A DNA stretch of 64,000 nt, from positions 13 through 64,012 of the forward strand of contig JAKUPN010000006.1 in NCBI GenBank assembly GCA_022449545.1. Reading direction: 5' to 3'. A program made the position numbers and the translations under genes. This DNA is from Alphaproteobacteria bacterium (GTDB lineage Bacteria; Pseudomonadota; Alphaproteobacteria; UBA6615). Below the pieces are notes generated by a model. It made no database searches. It was not told where the DNA came from and saw only the letters and a program-made list of their open reading frames with translations. Below, piece by piece: positions 20,881 through 30,482 of the stretch (its first letter is position 1; the number at the start of each line of letters is the position of its first letter).

Positions 20881-21789
20881 ATGACAATGCCCAGTAAGGT
20901 TCGTATTTATGAGGTTGGGCCACGCGATGGATTACAGGCAGAAAAACAATCTGTTTCGACAGAAGAAAAGATAGAACTAATAGAAAGACTTGCGGAAGCC
21001 GGAATCAAATCGGTCGAATCAGGCGCATTTGTGTCTCCGAAATGGGTACCGCAAATGGCTGATAGTGTTAGTGTGTTGAGTAAAATTAAAAGAAAACAGG
21101 GGACTAGTTATCCTGTTTTGACACCGAATATGAAAGGGTTTTACGGTGCTCTAGAAGTTAAGGCTGATGAGATAGCTCTTTTCAGCGCAGCATCAGAAAC
21201 ATTTTCGAAAAAAAATACCAACTGCTCCATTAAAGATAGTTTGAAAAGAGCAGAAGAAGTAGCTGAAGCAGGCATATCGCATGGAATGCGCATTCGTGGA
21301 TACATTTCTTGTGCGTTAGGTTGTCCTTATGAAGGAGAAGTAAAAAAGGATAATATTGTGGAGTTGGCAAAAGCACTTCGAGAGATGGGGTGCTATGAAG
21401 TAAGCCTTGGGGACACAATTGGCGTAGGAACACCTCATAAAGCAAAAGAGATGTTAAGTGCAGTAGCTTCTGAGGTGCCAATCTCTGAGTTGGCTTTACA
21501 TTTTCACGATTCCTACGGGCAAGCATTAGCCAATATACTAGCTTGTCTTGAGTTAGGTGTTTCTACCATTGATACAGCAGTTTCAGGTCTTGGAGGATGT
21601 CCTTATGCACCTGGTGCATCGGGCAATGTTGCGACAGAAGATGTCCTTTATATGTTGGATGGGTTGGGTATAGAGACGGATATTAATTTTGATGAAGTCA
21701 TTAAAGCCGGTCAGTTTATATGTGAAGTCTTGGGACGAAAAACTACATCAAAAGTAGCACAAGCCTATGTCTCAAGAACAAATAATTAA
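20881..21789 (+). CDS. liuE: Hydroxymethylglutaryl-CoA lyase
   Basis: EVGPRDGLQ, SLGDTIG, HFHDSYG, GLGGCPYAPGASGN. Confidence 0.96.
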   Translation: MTMPSKVRIYEVGPRDGLQAEKQSVSTEEKIELIERLAEAGIKSVESGAFVSPKWVPQMADSVSVLSKIKRKQGTSYPVLTPNMKGFYGALEVKADEIALFSAASETFSKKNTNCSIKDSLKRAEEVAEAGISHGMRIRGYISCALGCPYEGEVKKDNIVELAKALREMGCYEVSLGDTIGVGTPHKAKEMLSAVASEVPISELALHFHDSYGQALANILACLELGVSTIDTAVSGLGGCPYAPGASGNVATEDVLYMLDGLGIETDINFDEVIKAGQFICEVLGRKTTSKVAQAYVSRTNN

Positions 21790-21906
21790 CATTGTATAAA
21801 GTAAACCATCATTATTAGGTAATTTAAAAAGAGATCATGTATAATTCTGTAAAGTAATAGAATTATATAAATGGATCAGTAGAGCAGTCATGGAATATAT
21901 CATGTT

Positions 21907-22347
21907 ATGACATTACATTTGATAAAGCTTGCAGTAGGCGCTGAGTCTGTTCAGCATTTGAAAGATAGACAAACGCTTCGTTACAAAAGTTATAATACAA
22001 ATAATGGGAAATCGGATTTTCGTATATTAACCCGGAATATGCCCCGGCGTGGTGATGAAATTATAGATAAAGGTGGCTCTATTTTTTGGGTAGTAAAGGG
22101 ACAAATACTTGTAAGACAAAAAATAGTTTCAATTGAGTTATTAAAGAAAATGGTTAATGAAAGAAGATGTGCAATTTATCTCGATGTATCATTTATACCA
22201 GTCTACCCAAAAAGGTTTCGGCCATTTCAGGGCTGGCGATATTTAGAAGGAGAACTTGCACCGTCTGATTTACCGAAATCGAAAATGTTTGATAAGGAAC
22301 CTTCAGCTGAGATGGCAGCCGAACTTAGTGAACTAGGCTTGATATGA
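21907..22347 (+). CDS. DUF1489 family protein
   Basis: LHLIKLAVG, TRNMPRR, GGSIFWVVKG, RPFQGWRYL, ELSELGLI. Confidence 0.85.
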   Translation: MTLHLIKLAVGAESVQHLKDRQTLRYKSYNTNNGKSDFRILTRNMPRRGDEIIDKGGSIFWVVKGQILVRQKIVSIELLKKMVNERRCAIYLDVSFIPVYPKRFRPFQGWRYLEGELAPSDLPKSKMFDKEPSAEMAAELSELGLI

Positions 22348-22421
22348 ATACTAATTGTTTCTCTCAAGAAGGTATGATTAATCTAATAAATAACATTTAT
22401 AATTACTCTTAACTAACTGTT

Positions 22422-22667
22422 ATGGAAAACAAAGATATTAAAAAAGAAACTTTCGAAACTTTGCTAAACACTATTTGGAATAAACCTGATGGAAGTGTCA
22501 TGGACTGTAATGAGTCCATAAAGGTTATTAGGCAGAATCTCGAAGAAATCCAGGAGGTATGTCAGGAGTCATTTGAAGATGCTATTCTAATGGAAGTTTC
22601 TGATGAACAATTTATCGAAGTTTTAGTGAAACTGGTTGAGGGTTTACATAACCCTTATAAAAAATAA
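22422..22667 (+). CDS. Small acidic hypothetical protein
   Basis: 81 aa, WNKPDGSVMDC..., FEDAILM, NPYKK; fills the gap between DUF1489 and a convergent gene. Confidence 0.75.
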   Translation: MENKDIKKETFETLLNTIWNKPDGSVMDCNESIKVIRQNLEEIQEVCQESFEDAILMEVSDEQFIEVLVKLVEGLHNPYKK

Positions 22668-22671
22668 ATTA

Positions 22672-23682
22672 TCACGATTGGTTAATTATTTCATCAACCA
22701 GGATGTGTCGTTTTTCTTTTGCTGATTTTATGCCAGCTAAAACAACCGCAAGTGATTTAGTAGCACTTTCACCTCCGACTTCTACTTTGCTATTATTTAG
22801 AGCTGCATCTGCCCATTCGATTAACTGTTCAAGTAATGTGTCGACTTTGTCAACGGGGATTTTTTTCTGCTTTGTTTCATTTTGTCTAAGTGATCTAAGG
22901 CCATCAAATAAATTGTAGTAAGCAGACATCTTCTTTCCATATACATTCAGTAAATAATACTCAGAGGCAGAAGCGTAACTTGTGGAAAGTGAAGAAATGG
23001 CACCATTTTCGTGGTGCATTAAAAGGGTTCCAACGTCCGGGTTGTCACCAGGTAAAACTAGTTGCGAAGCCATTCCCGAGACGGATTTAATAGGGCCTAA
23101 CAACATTATTAAAACATCAACATAATGAAGACCTATTTGCAGCATAACGCCTCCTGGCATACCATCGGCTGTATACCGCCAATGGCCAAGCTCAAATTTT
23201 CCTTCTCTATCCCTACTTATATTAGCTTCTGCTTGAACTAACGTGCCAAATTCACCAGTATCAATTTGATTCTTAATCCATCTAAAATGACTCTCTCGTC
23301 TACGTTGGTATCCTATACTAAGAGTAATTCCGCTTTTCTTACATTCTTCAGTTATTTCTTTTGCTTCCCAAACGTTATTAGCAATAGGCTTATCCAGAAA
23401 AATGTGCTTACCAGAGTTTGCTGCCGCCTTTGTTGTTTCTAAATGGACATGATTGGGCGTTGTATTAATTATTCCATCTATATTTGGGTCATCTAAGATT
23501 TCTTGATAGCTGTTTGCGTTTGCGCATTTATATTTTTGACTGAATATTTCACGTTTGTCAGGTGAGCGCGTGTAACAGGAAACTATTTTCAACTGATTAG
23601 AAGATCTATTCACAGCGTCAGCTAGTACATCTGACCACCATCCTAAACCAATAGAAGCTATTCTGAATTGTTGTTTTGTCAT
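22672..23682 (-). CDS. Gfo/Idh/MocA family oxidoreductase
   Basis: IGLGWW, TTPNHVH, HIFLDKP, GYQRR, GLHYVD. Confidence 0.92.
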   Translation of the reverse strand: MTKQQFRIASIGLGWWSDVLADAVNRSSNQLKIVSCYTRSPDKREIFSQKYKCANANSYQEILDDPNIDGIINTTPNHVHLETTKAAANSGKHIFLDKPIANNVWEAKEITEECKKSGITLSIGYQRRRESHFRWIKNQIDTGEFGTLVQAEANISRDREGKFELGHWRYTADGMPGGVMLQIGLHYVDVLIMLLGPIKSVSGMASQLVLPGDNPDVGTLLMHHENGAISSLSTSYASASEYYLLNVYGKKMSAYYNLFDGLRSLRQNETKQKKIPVDKVDTLLEQLIEWADAALNNSKVEVGGESATKSLAVVLAGIKSAKEKRHILVDEIINQS

Positions 23683-23697
23683 TATATATAACCGAGA

Positions 23698-25185
23698 CTA
23701 GTTAATTATTTGTTTGTATTTTCTATTGGATCTAAAAGACCAAACTACAGAAAAAATGGATAATATTATGAAGCTAAGACTTATTGGTGATGTAAAGAAA
23801 ATACTAATATCTCCTTGAGAACCTGTTAAGGCAACTCTTAGATTTTCTTCTAGTTGTCCCCCTAAGACCAATGCCAATAACAAGGGCACAACAGGCATGT
23901 CCAACCATTTCATGGAAATACCTATTAGCCCAAAGAAAAGCATTATATAAACGTCAAAAAAATTATTACGAAGCGCAAAGCTACCTACAACACAAAGTAC
24001 TGCCAAGGATGGCATTAATATTGAACGGGGAGTGTCTAAAACTTTAACAAGAATACGAAGAGATAATAGTGCAATTAAAAAATTAAATATATTTGCCCAA
24101 AAGAATGAAAATATTACACCATAAGCAAAATCGGCTCTCTCAAGAAACATTAGTGGTCCAGGGGCAAGACCATGAACAATTAAAGCGCCTATTAATATGG
24201 CTGTTACGGGATCACCAGGTATTCCCAAGGTCATCATAGGAATTAAGGCCCCACCCGTAACTGCATTATTAGCTGATTCAGGTGCAGCGACGCCCTCGAT
24301 TGTTCCACTACCAAATCTTTCAGGACGTTTTGATATTTTTTTTGCGTAGTCATAGCTAATGAAGGCTGCAATAGGGCCTCCTGCACCGGGCAATGTACCT
24401 AAGAAAGAACCAATCATTGAACCCAGTATTATAGGAGTTTTTACTATCTTAAGGTCTGAAACATTTGGAAGTATAGATTTTATTTTCGATTGGGTAACAG
24501 CGCCTAATTTTGTTTGATCGGATATGTGGCTTATTAACTGTGGGATAGCAAATAATCCAATAAGGGCAGTCAAGAAATGTACACCCGCCATTAGATTTAC
24601 TTCTCCAAATGTAAACCTTTGAGTACCCATGACGGGATCTTGTCCAATTGTAACTATTGCTAAGCCTATGGCGGCGGATAAGAGTCCCTTAATTAAGGAT
24701 CCGGCAGAAAAACTACAGATGATTGTCATGCCAAATAATATAATTGAGAACATATCTTCCGTTCGAAAATTTAATGCGAATTCTGCTAAAATAGGTGCTA
24801 CTAAAAATAAGAAAAGAAAACTCACTATTCCACCTATAAAACTTGCTGTTATTGCTATGCCCAATGCTCTACCGGCGTTACCACTTGAGGCCATAGGATA
24901 ACCATCTATGGCCGTTGCTGAAGCTGAAGGTGTGCCCGGTATATTCAATAATACAGCCGAAAAACTTCCTCCCGTCATGCCTCCTACATAAAGGCCAAGA
25001 AGGAGTGCGATTGAAACATCTGGTGGAAGAACAAACGTTATGGGCAAAAATACAATTATACCCGTGCTTATCGTCAGTCCTGGTATCATTCCCACTATTA
25101 AGCCAATTAGTACACCTATAGATGTGCTCAATAACACCATGAGACCGATCGATTGGTTCAAGCCAATTAATATTTCAGGATTCAT
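23698..25185 (-). CDS. tctA: Tripartite tricarboxylate transporter large permease
   Basis: NIPGTPSASATAIDGYPM, APESANNA, TLGIPGD; multi-TM. Confidence 0.95.
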   Translation of the reverse strand: MNPEILIGLNQSIGLMVLLSTSIGVLIGLIVGMIPGLTISTGIIVFLPITFVLPPDVSIALLLGLYVGGMTGGSFSAVLLNIPGTPSASATAIDGYPMASSGNAGRALGIAITASFIGGIVSFLFLFLVAPILAEFALNFRTEDMFSIILFGMTIICSFSAGSLIKGLLSAAIGLAIVTIGQDPVMGTQRFTFGEVNLMAGVHFLTALIGLFAIPQLISHISDQTKLGAVTQSKIKSILPNVSDLKIVKTPIILGSMIGSFLGTLPGAGGPIAAFISYDYAKKISKRPERFGSGTIEGVAAPESANNAVTGGALIPMMTLGIPGDPVTAILIGALIVHGLAPGPLMFLERADFAYGVIFSFFWANIFNFLIALLSLRILVKVLDTPRSILMPSLAVLCVVGSFALRNNFFDVYIMLFFGLIGISMKWLDMPVVPLLLALVLGGQLEENLRVALTGSQGDISIFFTSPISLSFIILSIFSVVWSFRSNRKYKQIIN

Positions 25186-25670
25186 AGTATTACCTTGAGT
25201 ACTGCGTCATGTAATGCGCCCTGAGGTAAAAAAATATTGAATCCATAGCGGAATACAAAATAGAAAAGGAATGTCAGTCCAACTGAACTACTTAGTATGT
25301 AAAGTGGCCTTTTTTCTGAAAACATAACCATTAAAAATGAAAAAAAAGGGATTGTAGTAAAAAGAAAACCAAAACTTGGTAGAGTAACCAGATAGACAGC
25401 AAAACCTATTAGAGCAAATAAAGCCCTGAGATTGTGGTTGCTTTGCGTTTCTTCTTGTTTGAATTCTAGGTTAAAGTTTTTTGTAGAAAAAACTGAACTT
25501 AGTAGTAGCACAACGCTTAAAAATAAAATAATTACTACATTAATCCATGGAAAAAATGTAGGCCCTGGAGTGTCAGGAAGACTGCGCGTTGGGAGTTGCA
25601 GAGTCATAAGGCCATAAATTATTGTAATCACAATTATGACCATGGCGGCTATTATGTTTTTCCGGCGCAT
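25182..25670 (-). CDS. tctB: Tripartite tricarboxylate transporter small permease
   Basis: GPTFFP, ~4 TM helices, C-terminal LPQG; between tctC and tctA. Confidence 0.9.
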   Translation of the reverse strand: MRRKNIIAAMVIIVITIIYGLMTLQLPTRSLPDTPGPTFFPWINVVIILFLSVVLLLSSVFSTKNFNLEFKQEETQSNHNLRALFALIGFAVYLVTLPSFGFLFTTIPFFSFLMVMFSEKRPLYILSSSVGLTFLFYFVFRYGFNIFLPQGALHDAVLKVIL

Positions 25671-25744
25671 AGGAAATATTGATTCTATCTATTATCGAAA
25701 AAAAATGTACTTTTGTTGACTGTACTTAATAATGAGCGGGTCAG

Positions 25745-25782
25745 AAAAATTGGGCTGCTCATTATAATGAACAGCCCAATTT
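25745..25782 (-). terminator. Hairpin/terminator after tctC (partial termination or mRNA stabilisation)
   Basis: AAATTGGGCTG-C-TCAT-TATA-ATGA-A-CAGCCCAATTT; the C/A mismatch is a G-U pair on the minus strand; U-tract follows on minus. Confidence 0.75.
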
Positions 25783-25785
25783 GGT

Positions 25786-26745
25786 TTATTTAGACTTTAA
25801 CAGTCCTGCGCTAGCAAAAATATTCTTTACCTTAGCGTTCTCTCTTTTGAGAAGTGCGCTAAAGTCCTTGTGTCCTAGAGGGGATACTTTAAATCCTTTC
25901 TTTTTCGCTAATGCAAGAAATGCTTCTGAGTTTGCAGCTTTTGTCATGGCATCAGCCAGGATTGTTTTAATATTTTCTGGTGTATTAGGTGGAACTGATA
26001 AACCACGGAAAAGATCTAATGAAGCATTATACCCCAATTCTTTAGCAGTTGGAACATTAGGAAATATTTCGTTTCGATTATCTGTTGGCATAACTAAAAG
26101 ACGTATTTTACCGGCTTTAGTAAGGTTAACTGCACCCGTTAGGGGGGCAATCATGGCATCCGCTTCTCCGTTTAGAACAGATTTATTTCTTCCCTTTATT
26201 CCTTTAGGTAAATGTATAACTTTACAGCCAACAGCATTCATTAGTGCTATTGCAGCTGTGTGGGTAGCACTGCCAGTCCCTGAGTTTGCGACTTTTAATG
26301 TCCCAGGAGACGATTTGCAATCGGTAACAAAGTCTGAAAACTTTTTCCATTTTGCATTAGCTTTTACCGCAAATGGTTGTGGCTGAAATTCAACACGCCC
26401 AACGTGATCCATGGCATCATATGAAAAATCAGTGTTACCCAAGTTAGTGGTTGTAAGAACAGATGTGGAATTCCAAGCAATAGTATATCCGTCCGGCTTT
26501 GAATTTTTGGTGTGGGTGTAAGCTATTGCGCCACCGCCACCTTTTCTGTTCACAGGTGTTAAAGGCACTCCAAGAACTTTTGACATTTCTTTAGCCAAAA
26601 GCCGACCTTCAATGTCTGCTCCACCACCAGCACCAAACGGAATAACAAATTCTATTGGTTTGTCGGGAAATGCTAATGCTGGAGTAGCTCCCACTATAAA
26701 TACGAAACTCAACAAATATTTACTAAAATGGTTCATAAATTTCAT
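25786..26745 (-). CDS. tctC: Tripartite tricarboxylate transporter substrate-binding protein (Bug/TctC)
   Basis: Signal peptide, FPDKPIEFVIPFGAGGGAD, PDGYT, PNVPTAKELG; GGAGAGG RBS before ATG 26745. Confidence 0.93.
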   Translation of the reverse strand: MKFMNHFSKYLLSFVFIVGATPALAFPDKPIEFVIPFGAGGGADIEGRLLAKEMSKVLGVPLTPVNRKGGGGAIAYTHTKNSKPDGYTIAWNSTSVLTTTNLGNTDFSYDAMDHVGRVEFQPQPFAVKANAKWKKFSDFVTDCKSSPGTLKVANSGTGSATHTAAIALMNAVGCKVIHLPKGIKGRNKSVLNGEADAMIAPLTGAVNLTKAGKIRLLVMPTDNRNEIFPNVPTAKELGYNASLDLFRGLSVPPNTPENIKTILADAMTKAANSEAFLALAKKKGFKVSPLGHKDFSALLKRENAKVKNIFASAGLLKSK

Positions 26746-26778
26746 AATAACCTCTCCCAAGTTTATATATCGCTAACG

Positions 26779-27216
26779 TTAAATATCAGCACCAATTGAC
26801 TTAATGGCGGCTAGAGCGATGTCCTGGTCCTGTTGCCAGTCACCTCCACTAACTCCTATACCCCCAACACATTCACCTTCCACTAATATTGGAAAACCAC
26901 CTTCCATGGCTGTCCATCTATCTGAACCAGCTGCTAGAGCTAAACCAATAGCGTGAAGTGTGTCTAAATCTTGTCCTTGAGCACCCTTCTGCGTTGTTGG
27001 TCGTTTGTTAGATGCTGCTGTAACTGCTTTTGTTGTTGACGAGTGAACAGTGTGGAATCTACCTCCATCCATACGCTCCAAAACTAACAAATGTCCGCCT
27101 GCGTCTACAATCGCTACTGTTATTGAAATGCCGAACTCATCCGCCTTTTGTATAGCGGTATCAAGCATCATTTTGGCTCCCCCCGTTGTTAAACGAGGCG
27201 TTGTTACAAATGACAT
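26779..27216 (-). CDS. GlcG/HbpS family (heme-binding) protein
   Basis: VAIVDAGG, ERMDG, KAVTA, GGFPI..GGIGVSGG. Confidence 0.9.
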   Translation of the reverse strand: MSFVTTPRLTTGGAKMMLDTAIQKADEFGISITVAIVDAGGHLLVLERMDGGRFHTVHSSTTKAVTAASNKRPTTQKGAQGQDLDTLHAIGLALAAGSDRWTAMEGGFPILVEGECVGGIGVSGGDWQQDQDIALAAIKSIGADI

Positions 27217-27330
27217 ACTAGCTAACTTTCTGTTTAATAACTAATTACTAAATATATTAAATACCGGGTATAATGAGCTTTGCTTGTTATAATGTCCACA
27301 TGTGGTTTTAACCTATTAAAGAGATTAACG

Positions 27331-28365
27331 ATGAGCCAACGAATTGCTGTTTTAGGCACTGGAGCAAATGGTGCCTCAATTGCTGCAGATTTAATTATAG
27401 CAGGATTTGACGTTGTTCTAATTGAACAATGGCCAGAACACGTTCAAGAGATGAGAAGATCAGGTATTCGCATTGAAATGCCTGAAGAGGTCTTAGAGAC
27501 CCCTGTAGAAGTCTATCATTTATGTGAGGTGTGTAGCTTTGATTTCCAATTCGATGTCGTTCTTCTTGTTATGAAGGCATATGATACTATTTGGGGGTGT
27601 CAATTAATAAAGCCATATTTAAAGGATGATGGTGTTTTGGTTGGCGTTCAAAATGGTATGACTACTGATAATATAATAGAGGTTGTTGGAATTGATCGTA
27701 CCATGGGGTGTGTTATTGAGATTTCTTCCCAGATGTTTTTACCAGGAGTAGTAGAAAGACAGTCATCACATGACCATTCTTGGTTTGCAGTTGGAGGCTT
27801 ATCCAATCAGAGTAGGAAACGTGAGCTTGAAATTAAAAAGTTGCTATCTCATTCGGGAACTACTGTGATTTCATCAGATATTCAATCAGCAAAGTGGATG
27901 AAAATTATAAGCAATTGTACTACGTTAGGTACAACAGCTGTATTTGGGGTACCCATAGCTGAGGCTGCTTCAAATCCAGTCATGAGAGACATAATGATCA
28001 AATCAGGCTTAGAGGCATTAGATGCCGGTCTAGAAAAGGGATATCGACTTGAACCTATATTCGGTCTTTCCGAAAAGGAGGTCAGCGATTCCAACCAGCT
28101 AGTAGAATTGCTTCTTAATAAATTAACAAGCACTTACATATTACCCCAAACTATTACGACAGTTTTACAGGATCATATGAAAAATAGAAAAAGCGAGGTT
28201 GAGAACGTTAATGGTTGGGTTGTAGAGGAACGACATAGTGTAGGAAAAAAAGCACCGGTAAATATGGCAATTTTAAAAGTTTCAAAATTAATAAAGAATG
28301 GTGAGCTTGAACCTGATCCTTCAAATGTTGGTTTAATAAAGGATTTGGTTAAAGATGAGCAGTAA
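27331..28365 (+). CDS. Ketopantoate reductase (PanE/ApbA)-like oxidoreductase
   Basis: GTGANG, KAYDT, QNG, KWMK..N, QDHMKNRKSE; ATG 27331 preferred. Confidence 0.85.
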   Translation: MSQRIAVLGTGANGASIAADLIIAGFDVVLIEQWPEHVQEMRRSGIRIEMPEEVLETPVEVYHLCEVCSFDFQFDVVLLVMKAYDTIWGCQLIKPYLKDDGVLVGVQNGMTTDNIIEVVGIDRTMGCVIEISSQMFLPGVVERQSSHDHSWFAVGGLSNQSRKRELEIKKLLSHSGTTVISSDIQSAKWMKIISNCTTLGTTAVFGVPIAEAASNPVMRDIMIKSGLEALDAGLEKGYRLEPIFGLSEKEVSDSNQLVELLLNKLTSTYILPQTITTVLQDHMKNRKSEVENVNGWVVEERHSVGKKAPVNMAILKVSKLIKNGELEPDPSNVGLIKDLVKDEQ

Positions 28366-28461
28366 AATTTAGTAATATAGGATAATAAAATGTTTTATAA
28401 TTTAATCCTTAAACAAGTAACAAACTGAATTAAGTTATGGCCGACATATTTTTTTAGTTAG

Positions 28462-29499
28462 TCAGTCCCAATTTTCGGCGTAACCAAAATTTCGAGCAGC
28501 ATACTCTGCGTGAAAGTCTTCAAATGTGATTGGTGGATATTTTTCAGGGTTACTCGCATCTTTGCAGGTTGGGAGGCACTTAAGAACAGTATCCACACTT
28601 GGGTAAAAGAAAAAGATATTAGAATAACGGCCCTCATTTGAGTCAGCTAATACTCTATGAGGGGTTGCTATGTATTTATCATTGATCCACCTGATAAGCG
28701 TGTTTCCTGTATTAACAAGAATTCCTTCAGGTATAACTGGTTGCTTAATCCAAGTGCCTGAAGGTGTCAAAATCTCTAACCCAGGTCGTGTGGCTGGAGG
28801 GATTAAAGAAAGAAATGATATGTCGGTATGGCCCGGTAGACTTATGTGGTTTTTCTCCTCTTTGATAGGAGGATAATAGGCAATTCGAGACATGGAACTC
28901 GATCTCTGAAAAAATGAGTTAAAATAGTTGGCAGGCATATCTAAGGATAATGCGAGAGGGGGTAGTAGTTTGTGAGCTAATGTTTCAAAAGCAATATGGA
29001 AATCCATAAATGAATTTCTAAGTCCTGGTGTAACTGATTCATCAGGCCATTTATTATGCCCCCTAAACCGTCTATTTTTACCAAAGTCGGGATCTGTCGA
29101 ATCTAAATCAAAAGTAAATTTATATGCTTCACTCAATTGAGGTTTGGTGGCAGTTTCTCTCTTCTCAAATGTGTCATTATGAACAGATACATTTGGCGGC
29201 ATATACCCACATTGATGTCTGTTCATTCTAACTTTTAGTTTTTCAGATTCAGGTAAATTAAAAAATTCCCTTGAGGAGATAAAAGTTCTTTCTACAATGG
29301 CGTTATCCATACCGTGATTTACAATAAACATAAACCCGATCTCAGTGCAGGCGTTATATATAGACTCAGCTACGATTGCTAGTTGACGATCATCTCCAGA
29401 GAGCATGGGGCCTATGTCTATAACAGGTATCTCCTGTTGGGTGTTATTATGTGATCTTCGTGAGTCTAATGACTGATCAGTATGTGATTGAATGCTCAT
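28462..29499 (-). CDS. 2-oxoglutarate/Fe(II) oxygenase, isopenicillin N synthase-like family
   Basis: IPVIDI, GFMFIVNHG, NKWP, HTD (HxD), PHRV, RYS. Confidence 0.92.
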   Translation of the reverse strand: MSIQSHTDQSLDSRRSHNNTQQEIPVIDIGPMLSGDDRQLAIVAESIYNACTEIGFMFIVNHGMDNAIVERTFISSREFFNLPESEKLKVRMNRHQCGYMPPNVSVHNDTFEKRETATKPQLSEAYKFTFDLDSTDPDFGKNRRFRGHNKWPDESVTPGLRNSFMDFHIAFETLAHKLLPPLALSLDMPANYFNSFFQRSSSMSRIAYYPPIKEEKNHISLPGHTDISFLSLIPPATRPGLEILTPSGTWIKQPVIPEGILVNTGNTLIRWINDKYIATPHRVLADSNEGRYSNIFFFYPSVDTVLKCLPTCKDASNPEKYPPITFEDFHAEYAARNFGYAENWD

Positions 29500-29755
29500 C
29501 TTTATTGTCCCCTAAAGAGCAACGTAAAACAGATTATATATAAATATTTAACTTCAGTGATCTTTCCTGCCTATAAATATGTATTATAAATATAAGATTT
29601 TATAAATAATAAACACAGTATTATCTAGAGAGATAAAACAATATAACATACAAATAAATTAGTACTTTATTTGTTAATGTATTTTAATCAATTGATTTTA
29701 TAATATATTAGTGTTTTTTTTTAATAGACGAATTTACTACTTATTAGTTAGTAAA

Positions 29756-30472
29756 ATGAATAAAAGTAATGATAAATTAGCACCTGTAGTATCAACGAAT
29801 GCTGAAGTAAAAGCTTTTCTGAATCAGGTGGCCAAGATTCCTAAGACTGGGAACGGTTCTCGGGGAAGATTGCTATTTGCCATAGACGCAACTCTGAGTC
29901 GAGAATCGACATGGGATTTAGCTTCTCAAATACAATCTGAAATGTTTATAGCTACCAAAGATCTTGGAGGACTAGAGGTGCAGTTAGCATTTTATAGAGG
30001 GTTTGGTGAAATGAAAGTTACAAAATGGCTTTCTGATCCTGATGAACTTGTAAAAAAAATGAATCTAGTTCGCTGTGTGGCTGGTCGAACACAAATTCGT
30101 AAGGTTCTTCGACATACTTTGAAAGAGACAAAACAGCAGAAAGTTAATGCTCTTGTATTTGTTGGAGATGTTATTGAAGAAGACATAGATGAGCTTGGTC
30201 ATTTATCTGGGCAGTTAGGGCTTATTGGAACTCCAGTGTTTATATTTCAGGATGGAGAGGAACCGATTTCAAAAAGAGGCTTTCAAGATATTGCTAGGCT
30301 ATCCAATGGTGCTTACAGTACTTTTAATGCTGATAGTGCGGCACAGCTAAGTGAATTATTACGCGCGGTTGCTGTTTTTTCTGCAGGAGGGGTTTCGGCT
30401 CTTACTAGTTATGGAAAAAAGATTGGGGGAAGGGCACTCCAAATTAGCAACCAGATGACGAAACAAAAATGA
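29756..30472 (+). CDS. vWA-domain protein
   Basis: FAIDATLSRE MIDAS-like motif, GRTQI, LVFVGD, PVFIFQ; ATG 29756 preferred. Confidence 0.85.
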   Translation: MNKSNDKLAPVVSTNAEVKAFLNQVAKIPKTGNGSRGRLLFAIDATLSRESTWDLASQIQSEMFIATKDLGGLEVQLAFYRGFGEMKVTKWLSDPDELVKKMNLVRCVAGRTQIRKVLRHTLKETKQQKVNALVFVGDVIEEDIDELGHLSGQLGLIGTPVFIFQDGEEPISKRGFQDIARLSNGAYSTFNADSAAQLSELLRAVAVFSAGGVSALTSYGKKIGGRALQISNQMTKQK

Positions 30473-30482
30473 AATTGACGTC

